Assembly: GCA_002269645.1 (NCBI GenBank)
Contig: NIVC01003385.1
Span: 4,156 to 68,155, forward strand
Reading direction: 5' to 3'
Source of the DNA: Macrostomum lignano
Lineage: Eukaryota
Length of the DNA: 64,000 bases
The number at the start of each line of letters is the position of its first letter. The stretch's first letter is position 1. A program made the translations under genes and the position numbers. The notes below the pieces were generated by a model, which searched no databases, was not told the origin of the DNA, and saw nothing but the letters and a program-made list of their open reading frames with translations. Of the stretch, positions 41,038 to 49,150 are shown one piece after another.

Positions 41038-41748
41038 ATGGAGACAGTGCAAGACTTCAACGGCGTAAAGCGAGAGCTGCTGGCACTCAAACCGCGAGGC
41101 CCGAGCTTCAACGGGGTTGAAACGTTTGACATTGAATATGACGAACAGGGACCTCTCTACTTGGCCAATGCGGTCCCTGTTTTGATCGTCAAGGACGTGC
41201 GTACTGACAACGAAGGTCGCGAATTCATCATCATTGCACAAAAACACATTGAGAGCTGCATACCCTACACTTTCAACACTGTGGCGGAGCACCTTTCCAG
41301 TGAAAGTCTAGCTCTTCTGGGCTACAACCCAGCGTTTGGAGGCGACAGTGCAGCGTTTGGGCTGGCTCGCGATTTTAAAATGTACGACCAAAACGGACTG
41401 CCTGTAGAGGATTATAAAAACAAGAGCGGCTATTACAGGATTCTGTTTACTCTCGACACGGCCGTGATTCGAGACGCTGTTTTGACCGCAATGCCAAAAA
41501 TTCAACAGCTACAGTTTGTCGAAGAAGCCAAACAGGCATTCGACCGTTGCTATTGGACGCCACCTCCAAAAATCAAGGTAGGCTCCAAGAAAGTAAGCAA
41601 GAAAGCAAAGAAACCACCAAAGCTTGTCAAGGAGAAGCAGCCAAAGGTGCCTAAAAATCAGGCCAGAAAGCGACAGCATCAATCGAAAGTAGTAGCAGCC
41701 AACGAATCAAAGAAGCGGCCGAAAGCCCCCAAGAAGGATACGAAGTAA
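41038..41748 (+). CDS. Hypothetical protein (236 aa), possibly an OB-fold ssDNA-binding protein with a basic tail
   Basis: FKMYDQNGLPV...YYRILFTLDTAVI...MPKIQQLQFVE resembles the C-terminal half of viral/phage SSBs by eye. Lys-rich C-terminus; TATA-like motif at 40969. Confidence 0.6.
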   Translation: METVQDFNGVKRELLALKPRGPSFNGVETFDIEYDEQGPLYLANAVPVLIVKDVRTDNEGREFIIIAQKHIESCIPYTFNTVAEHLSSESLALLGYNPAFGGDSAAFGLARDFKMYDQNGLPVEDYKNKSGYYRILFTLDTAVIRDAVLTAMPKIQQLQFVEEAKQAFDRCYWTPPPKIKVGSKKVSKKAKKPPKLVKEKQPKVPKNQARKRQHQSKVVAANESKKRPKAPKKDTK

Positions 41749-42796
41749 AGAAAACTGCCGAAAAATCTACTTGCAGAACGTCGAGTGCGTGAATCGAGTG
41801 TTTTGCGCGAAATGGAGCCGCATGCCTGACTTGGACTGGGCGAGCGCACGGACATTTCGCAGACCAAGAGCTCTTATCAATTTGAGGATAGGAAAGTGTA
41901 CAATAAACTTTTGTCAGCGTTCTTTGTCTGCAATTGTATTCGGTTGTCGCTCAGTCAACCAAGTTTTGCGTCTTTTTCCTCAATGTAAACCAATTTCTGT
42001 TGTTGTTAACTTACCGCGCTGAAGTAGACAGATGGCCAAATTTTTTCCAAATTGCATACTCAGGGTCCCAATGGGTGAAGTGGGAGTGCGAAGTTTTCAA
42101 TGGAATAGTAATAAAGTCTCCATTTCGCAATGCTAAATGTTTATTATGCGGAAAGAATGGCCGCCTTGTTTTCCTTGGTATACGAAACTTTAAAGAGCTC
42201 TGTCAAATGTACGATCATGTGACTAGCGTTTTGTATGTCTAATCCATATAGCTATTGCGTAGCTTTACTGTTTAACCACTGTAAATCTGCAATGAAAATG
42301 CGCATGGTCTCTAAAATTCTGACCGCTTGGATTTTTTAAAACTGTCAAAAACTTTTGATTTATTGCCCGGCGGCAGCAGCAATTTTATCGCCCCACCCCT
42401 AAGCAACAAAACCCCAACTCGGCACGTTCCACCACGCAGCAACAAAAGTAATGTGGGGTTGATTGACCCTGTTTTCGATTTTTAACTGTCAAAAATATTT
42501 GATTGATGACCCTCTGATAACACAGATCCTGCCGTAGCAGCGATTGTAAAATTTAAGAAGTTCCACAATCGGTACGTGTCTCCATTGTTTGTTTTGTACC
42601 CTTCTCGACACCTAGCAACATCTCCTCACAGGAGCTTTTGGATTTTTAATGCTGTCACAAATGTTGTGTAACTTTATTGTCAATTACCACTGCACTGAAA
42701 TTGGTGTACAATCGTAATGCTGCTATGTAACTTGTCTATAAATATATTGTGCATAAATTGCGATGCACTGCAACCAACATCTTTGTGCTAAACAAA

Positions 42797-44243
42797 ATGA
42801 CAAACGGAATCTCCAGACTATGTTCTTGTCGCGGCGAGCTCGCAGAGCTCGCCAAAGCCCGTCCCACTCTTCGGCGGGCAATTATTCGAGGTGCAGGCAA
42901 GTGAAGAGTTGATTCGGGAGGTGATCAGTCCCCCGAAAACTCCCACTTCCAGACACTTAAGCCTGGGAACAAAAATGTAGTGCACTTACTGTTGCGGGCT
43001 CCTCTTCTTCGTCGGGCAGGTTCTCCGAGCTCGTTCCTTGTTTCTTCTTCTTTGTTGCGCGCGTGTTTAGAACTTGCTTCTTCCAATCTTCTTCTCCGGA
43101 GGAATCTTCTTGAAGTCTAGAATCGGCCGAAAGTGAGAGCGTAACAATAAAATCGACGTCGCAGTATTTCCTCGAGTGCAAATCAACATAGGCCTTAAGC
43201 TCAGTAATCAATATCAACGATGCGCCCTTGTAATAAAATCAACTTTCTGTAATAATCACGAGGACCTCCAAGAAGGGCGTCTTCTTCTAGATCTAACGGA
43301 ATCGGAGTCGTGTGCTCCTATCGGTTAATCTAGGATAACCAAAATCAATCAATCGATAATCCTCTAAGGGTATCGGAATCGGTCCGCAGATCCTATCCAA
43401 TCCCTTAGGAAAATGGGAGGCCTCAAACTAAATAGACTCAATAAAATCAACTGAACGGTAACGGCCGGCAATAATAATCGCTCTCAATAATCAAAATAAC
43501 GAAGTCTCAAACAAAGCTTTCCAATTGGTGTTTATCTCTTCCTCAGAGATATAGCCTCGTTGGCTGCTCTTGCAAAGCCCAAGATCTTTGGAGGCTGCTC
43601 CGAGTCTGAGATTTTAGCTCGGATTTTGCGTTTGTATTTATACACAATTTTTCGGCCTTGAGTCGACCTTGAGCTCAAAACCGGTTTTTTGATGAGTTCA
43701 CGAAAGGAATTTTATTATTTGACAGGTGAGGTTTTTGAATAGAAAGGGGTGAGACTTGGGTCACATTCAGGTTAACATTTACCATATTTGGAAGTTCTAA
43801 AAATAGATGTCGAGAACCGGTTTTTTTCGAACAATAGCATAGCCACTCGCTGTTTGCGTGATATGACTGGTATTACTAAAAATAGAGTATGACACATAGC
43901 TATTCTTAAATTTGTGTTCATAATTTTATGTTACTACTTTACACAGTAGGCTACACAGTAGGCTACTGTGTTTGGAGATCTCTACACAAGGAACTGATTC
44001 ATTGTCTCTGTGAATTGAGTCACAACGGACTCCGGGGGAAATATTGACCTTTCTCCGAAACAGTATCTGCGATTAAAGCGATACAGAAGATCGCAGCGTG
44101 AATTGGCAGACACAAAATTGTCTATAAATAGGAAGAAGAATATGCTTCTCTCGAATCCTCAAGTCGGTGGTTTTCTACCCATCCTTGCATCTGTTGCTGC
44201 ACCGCTAATATCAAGCCTGTTTGGTGGACTACTCGGTCGCTAA
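42797..44243 (+). pseudogene. Polinton small virion protein (ends in a pX/pVI-like GGFL amphipathic helix), split by a solo LTR and frameshifted
   Basis: Removing 42902-43990 joins MTNGISRLCSCRGELAELAKARPTLRRAIIRGAGK to ELIHCLCELSHNGLR. Removing one G from GGGGG (44034-44038) continues GNIDLSPKQYLRLKRYRR...KKNMLLSNPQVGGFLPILASVAAPLISSLFGGLLGR* (~118 aa). Confidence 0.78.
42902..43986 (-). mobile_element. Solo LTR (1,085 bp) inserted in the Polinton
   Basis: TG...CA ends with a 7-bp imperfect IR (TGAAGAG / CTCTACA), 4-bp TSD CAAG (42898-42901, 43987-43990), and a minus-strand TATA (GTATAAATA at ~43640). Excision restores a reading frame. Confidence 0.82.
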
Positions 44244-44244
44244 A

Positions 44245-44886
44245 ATGAATAAATACGTTGTTGTGCCAGAAGAAGAATTTAATAGACTGAGTCAAGGCGC
44301 ACCCCGAGAAATTGCATCTAAAACAGAATATGAAAAACTCATTGAATACAACACTCAACTCCAAAATAAACTAATTCAGATCAAGCAAAAGAAGAGTAAT
44401 CGTTTTCCTGAACGACAACAACGAAATTGGGACATGTTGACAGAAAGATACCCAAATTTGGAGCTCAACAAGTCGTGGGAAATTGTATTTGATGGAAAAA
44501 CCTGGCCAGGAAGCAATACTTTCGATCTACTGAAGGAAGATGAAAGGCGCGACCGCCCAAGCCCAAAATATAGTACCGCTTTTTGGGCCCTGGCTGAAGA
44601 GGCAGATATTGCAAAAGCTCTACTAGGACGACACCAACAAGAAGAAGTCAGCGTGAAAAAAGAAATCGGCACGGATCCGGATCGAGACGATTTTTTAGTC
44701 GAGCAAGCAATTGGAACTAGTGATTTCTACAACGACTTCCACAAAGACCGAGCCAGTGGCCTGAATGAAGTTAAAAAATTTGAAGATCGTGGCAGCGATG
44801 CCTACAGGCATGCTTCATACCAACATCGCGAACCAAAGAGGCGGCAGAAACCAGCAGTAAAATACGAGACGTTAAAAAAACTATAA
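44245..44886 (+). CDS. Conserved-type Polinton hypothetical protein (213 aa)
   Basis: MNKYVVVPEEEF...WEIVFDGKTWPGSNTFDLL...P resembles the M.K.vlVP...W.E...G..i.GSN..DLl pattern I associate with Maverick accessory ORFs. It starts 1 nt after the previous stop. Confidence 0.7.
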   Translation: MNKYVVVPEEEFNRLSQGAPREIASKTEYEKLIEYNTQLQNKLIQIKQKKSNRFPERQQRNWDMLTERYPNLELNKSWEIVFDGKTWPGSNTFDLLKEDERRDRPSPKYSTAFWALAEEADIAKALLGRHQQEEVSVKKEIGTDPDRDDFLVEQAIGTSDFYNDFHKDRASGLNEVKKFEDRGSDAYRHASYQHREPKRRQKPAVKYETLKKL

Positions 44887-45023
44887 ATAGAAATCATTTT
44901 CATGATTTATAATCTGTTTTTGGATCATGGGTGCTGCAGCTTTAACTTCAAAGCTTTGCTCAGACAAACCGTCTGTGGAGTTCAAGTGTAATTACTCATG
45001 CTGTGCATCGACTCTAGTTGCGA

Positions 45024-46089
45024 ATGAGGGTGAAAACCGCTCTTCGGAGAGTGTACGAACAGGGGGATGCCGCTTTTACAAATGCTGCCCGTGTATATCA
45101 GGAGGCCAAACGGCTGGCCTCCTCCCTGACGAGACGCCAAACCGACGAATGGCTGAAGACCCAATCGAGCTTCACCCGGCACAAGAGGGTTAAAAGAAAA
45201 TTCCGAACCGGAAAAGTAATGTCAGGAGGCTTCATGGAAACTGTGCAAGCGGATTTGATGGACATGTCACGATACGAACAATGGAATGATGGTCATCGAT
45301 ATTCTGGTTGCAATTGACGTGCTTAGTAAATTGGCTTTTTGTCAGCCAATAAAATTGAAAAGCGACACTCCAAAGGCTTTTGAAAGCATGATCATAGACT
45401 TCCCTATTAAGCCTTTATATCTACGCGTTGATCGAGGTACCGAGTTTTAAAACAATCGCATGCAGAACTTACTGAAAGCCAACAGTATCAAAATGTACAG
45501 CACAAACTCTGTATACAAGGCAAATATGGCTGAAAGGTTGATTAGAACTCTCCGAAAACGTTTAGCTCGCTACTTTAAGCACAAAAACACGTGGCGCTGG
45601 ATCGACTATTTGCCAATATTGGTTAAAAGTTACAACAACACAGTACACTCTACTATTGACATGAAACCTTCGAGTGTCGGTCTGCACAACCAAAAAGAAT
45701 TGTGGGAAAAGCTCTACCAGGATCCTGAATATGATGAACCAGTTTACCAAAAAGGGGACTTTGTCAGAATTTCAAAATCTCGTCGAGCCTTTGACAAGGA
45801 AGCATACGATATGTACAGCGAAGAAGTTTACGTTGTGTCTCAAGTATGCCCGGGACCACCTCATTTTTATCGCATTTCCGACCTATCTGGAGAACAAATC
45901 GAGGGTCGATTCTACTATAATGAACTTTCAAAGACGGTTCGACCGGACCGCTTTGTTATAGACAAAATTCTGCGTCGCAATGTCGTCATCAATGGTGTCG
46001 CTCATCATTTCGTTAGTTGGCGCGGCTATCCCGAGTCGTTCAATGCATTTGTACCAGTTGAGGAAGTTATAAATATAAGACAAGGATGA
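45024..46089 (+). pseudogene. Retroviral-like (rve) integrase with C-terminal chromodomain, inactivated
   Basis: WLKTQSSFTRHK...VQADLMDM...NDGHRY/(frameshift ~45300)LVAIDVLSK...RVDRGTEF*(TAA 45448-45450)...AERLIRTLR...YNNTVHSTI..., then chromodomain IDKILRR...FVSWRGYPESFNAFVP. Confidence 0.92.
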
Positions 46090-46123
46090 ACACACGCACA
46101 GTCGAAACGTGTGGTATATTACA

Positions 46124-47287
46124 ATGCATCTTTTCCTACCTAGCAATGCGTGCGTTGAGCACTATCCTGAGAATAATTCGGCACATTATGACATTAATTT
46201 GCCCGACACCCTCCACTTTCCGAATCATGAAGTCTGCATCGAACGGATCTACTTTTGTAAAGAATTCAAAACCGTCCCCGATAATCGAATGGTTGATGTC
46301 CTGACCAACACTCCCGAGGATGAAGTGATCGATATTGAGGTTAGAGAAAAACCCGCCTCCACGTATAAGCAATTTGCGTCGGTTTCTCTCCCCGCGGGGC
46401 TATCAACAGCTAACGAAGTGGTTGATGCGATCATTGCCGCTCTAAAATATGAGCAATACAATAATGCGATGATTTGCATTGAGCGTTCACAGGAAGGCCA
46501 AATTTCGATTGTGAACAAATCATGGTATGGTGCGAACATTAGGCTGTCCAGTAATGTGCGCAGCATGTTTAAAAAGGTCGATGACGCTGGAAATAAATCA
46601 AATATCGAAGGAACGAGTTTTTTATTAAACCCAAGAATTTCTTTAGTATTCGCTATAGAATTGGAATCCTCCTCCTCCATAGAGAGTCCCATGACTCTAA
46701 CGTTTGAAAAAAGTGTCTGGCCTAGTAGAACGTCACTGCGGATTGCTAAAGGATTCTACCGCACGCCCGATGGGCTCTTAAATTATGTTAATGGAGCGCT
46801 TTGGAGCGTCGTTTCAAAGCTCCCAATAAGTCCAGCAACGAGAGTGGATGCATTCAGCTACAACCCTTTTCTGAACCGGTGTGAGTACAAACCCATTGAA
46901 AACATTTTATTTGAAATTGGTGAGCTTGCTGCCATTCTCGGCTTTCGCGAAGATGATTCTTTTAATGAAACTCCAAAGACCGCTAAACGACCAATCGATT
47001 TAACAAATGGTGTACAAACTATGTACATCTATTCAAACATTGTCGACTCTGCCATTGTTGGAGACGTCAAAGTCGCCCTGCTTGGTGCAATTCCTTTGAA
47101 TGAAAAGGTATACGGTGAACGAGAGTACTACGAGTTTGTCAATCTATCATACTTACCGTTGGTGAAGCACCCATTTACTCGTAAAACCATTGAGGTGCAA
47201 ATCTGTGACGATATGGGCAAGCTAATGGATCGGATTCTTCTTGGTAAAACTGTTTTATCGATCAACATTCGTGAAATTAAGCTATAA
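46124..47287 (+). CDS. Minor capsid protein (penton-like, Polinton PX type), 387 aa
   Basis: N-terminal LFLPSNACVEHYPENN...LP and C-terminal DLTNGVQTMYIYSNIVDSAIVGDVKVALL...YLPL...TIEVQICDDMGK, the typical Maverick penton pattern. The ORF is intact. Confidence 0.88.
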   Translation: MHLFLPSNACVEHYPENNSAHYDINLPDTLHFPNHEVCIERIYFCKEFKTVPDNRMVDVLTNTPEDEVIDIEVREKPASTYKQFASVSLPAGLSTANEVVDAIIAALKYEQYNNAMICIERSQEGQISIVNKSWYGANIRLSSNVRSMFKKVDDAGNKSNIEGTSFLLNPRISLVFAIELESSSSIESPMTLTFEKSVWPSRTSLRIAKGFYRTPDGLLNYVNGALWSVVSKLPISPATRVDAFSYNPFLNRCEYKPIENILFEIGELAAILGFREDDSFNETPKTAKRPIDLTNGVQTMYIYSNIVDSAIVGDVKVALLGAIPLNEKVYGEREYYEFVNLSYLPLVKHPFTRKTIEVQICDDMGKLMDRILLGKTVLSINIREIKL

Positions 47288-47331
47288 ATAAAGAAGTTTT
47301 CACGAATTAAAGACCGCAATTCATCAGCAAT

Positions 47332-47679
47332 ATGCCTTCAATCTTGATCGGAGGAGCACTGTTTGGCAGCATTGCCCGATTTGCCCTGCCAATTTTAAAG
47401 AGTTTTGGCAAAAATATTCTTCGCCACGGAACACGAGCCCTAGCTACAACAGTTAGCGACACACTCGATCAAGGCGGGAACTTGAAAGAAGCAGCATTGC
47501 GCAACTCTGTCCGGGCAGCTAAAGATGCTTTCAAAGACACAGTCACACAACGAGGTAGCGGCGGTGGTCAAAGGCGTAGAAAGAAGACTAACAAAAAAAC
47601 TAGAAAAAGACTCCAACATTCTGATATTTTTGACTCTATAAATAAAAAAACCCGCGTCAATAATCGATCTGCCTATTAG
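47332..47679 (+). CDS. Basic core/cement-like virion protein (pVII/pVI-like), 115 aa
   Basis: LIGG-ALFGSIARFALPILKSFGKNILR (amphipathic), QRGSG, an Arg/Lys-rich tail and DIF; lies between penton and major capsid as in many Mavericks. Confidence 0.8.
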   Translation: MPSILIGGALFGSIARFALPILKSFGKNILRHGTRALATTVSDTLDQGGNLKEAALRNSVRAAKDAFKDTVTQRGSGGGQRRRKKTNKKTRKRLQHSDIFDSINKKTRVNNRSAY

Positions 47680-47710
47680 AGCACCACTCTAAGCCGCTGT
47701 TGAAAGAAAA

Positions 47711-48994
47711 ATGACTGAGTGCCTGTGTACAAAGTCGGAATTCGAGCTATTTGCTCCTCGAGCACACAAAATTGCTGCAATTAGCGCCACCACTGAAGAA
47801 GTTCACCCTGTTGCTAGTGTTGAAAATGCCAGCGTGGTCGAATTTAGGATTGTTGGTGGTGAGACGTTTATCGATCTTAACGACATTGACCTCGAGATTA
47901 AGGCCCGCGTTAGGCAATCTAATGGCACAAATCTTGCTGCTGATTCGAATGTTGCGCCGGTCAATTACGTCCTTGAAAGCATGTTTAAAAACGTCACGTT
48001 GACAATCAACGGGACCCACGTAGAGTCGAGCAATAACAACCACGCTTACAAGGCCTATATTCGCACGTGTTTGAATTACGGACACGATTCAAAAACCAAC
48101 CAACTGAGAATGATGGGCTACGCAAAGGACGCTGGAGGACAAATGGCTGTGGTTGGAAATCCTGGTTTTGTAGCCCGCAAGGCGATGGCGGCAAACTCAC
48201 GCACCTTTCACCTTTATGGACCTCTTAGTTTAGACTTTTTTGTTACCAACGACCGAATGCTGTTGCCATACACTGATATGGTAATTACGCTAACTATGCA
48301 CAATTCCGGCTTCGTTTTGGAAAACCACGCGGACGGGGTTGAGGCGCGGCTGGTACTCGAGAGTGCCAGACTACATGTGCGCCGCGTCAAGGCAAACCCC
48401 CAATTGGCATTGGAGATTGAAGAACAACTAGGCAAACAGAATGCAATCTATCCGATTGAGCGACTTGTTGTGCACAATACTTCAGTGGCTGGCGGTGTTC
48501 GGGACATGTCAATCAACAATATATTTCCTGAACAAAAGCCTAAACTGGTGATTGTTGGCATGGTAAACAGCGGCGCGTACAACGGTGTGGCTACACATAA
48601 CCCGTTTAATTTTGAGCCATTTGGAGCCGACAGTGTGGCTCTGTATAAGGACGGAGTCAGTCTGTGTGGACAACCGTTTACTCCTCGATTCGGTGTTCAT
48701 AACTATGCTCGCGAGTATGCTATGTTACTAAAAAGCCTAGGAAAAATGAATCGGGACCTGGATATTGACGTATCATATTCCGACTATGGAGCTGGCTACT
48801 GCTTCTTCGCCTGGAATCTCATGCCCGACATGGAGCTGGGTGGGCATAGCATGCCTCGCGAGCAAGGGAATCTGACGCTACAAATAAAGTTTTCTGCTGC
48901 CTTAACCGCAGGAATCAACGTGTTGGTGTTTGGCTACTTCGACAGTACTGTGCAAATCACTCGCGGTCGTCAGGTTATTCTAGACTACGTGTAG
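47711..48994 (+). CDS. Major capsid protein (double jelly-roll, hexon-like, Polinton PY type), 427 aa
   Basis: CTKSEFELF...VHPVASV...VEFRI...FIDLNDIDLEIKARV...YAYKAYI-like HAYKAYI...LNYG...PKLVIVGMV...NPFNF...GYCFFAWNL...GNLTLQIKF; intact ORF. Confidence 0.92.
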   Translation: MTECLCTKSEFELFAPRAHKIAAISATTEEVHPVASVENASVVEFRIVGGETFIDLNDIDLEIKARVRQSNGTNLAADSNVAPVNYVLESMFKNVTLTINGTHVESSNNNHAYKAYIRTCLNYGHDSKTNQLRMMGYAKDAGGQMAVVGNPGFVARKAMAANSRTFHLYGPLSLDFFVTNDRMLLPYTDMVITLTMHNSGFVLENHADGVEARLVLESARLHVRRVKANPQLALEIEEQLGKQNAIYPIERLVVHNTSVAGGVRDMSINNIFPEQKPKLVIVGMVNSGAYNGVATHNPFNFEPFGADSVALYKDGVSLCGQPFTPRFGVHNYAREYAMLLKSLGKMNRDLDIDVSYSDYGAGYCFFAWNLMPDMELGGHSMPREQGNLTLQIKFSAALTAGINVLVFGYFDSTVQITRGRQVILDYV

Positions 48995-49050
48995 AAACAA
49001 ACAACTCTTTTTTATTCCCAAATAACGGCCATACGAGTATTCATGCCGAT

Positions 49051-49150
49051 ATGAATAGTCTAGATATATTAGAACGTCTAATACTACCTGTCCCTGTTCG
49101 AGTAACACCAGTTGACAGGATTCCGCAGCCTGTTTATCCTGCAATGACAC
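49051..49150 (+). pseudogene. 5' fragment of an adenain-like cysteine protease gene, cut off at the right TIR
   Basis: MNSLDILERLILPVPVRVTPVDRIPQPVYPAM fits the Polinton protease N-terminus (MNs.qI...l.....v.p.D.lP....P) and sits directly after the major capsid gene; the catalytic His/Cys region is absent. Confidence 0.55.

Noticed and set aside
41771-42242. Two short overlapping ORFs inside the Polinton
   Set aside because: They may be a frameshifted gene, but I recognise no motif or clear start, so they are not called.
42957-43217. Acidic/basic 86-aa minus-strand ORF as a Polinton gene
   Set aside because: It lies inside the inserted solo LTR and has no ATG start.
47711-48994. Cellular enzyme interpretation of the 427-aa ORF
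   Set aside because: Its motifs and its position between core-protein and protease genes, inside TIRs with a 6-bp TSD, fit a Polinton major capsid protein.
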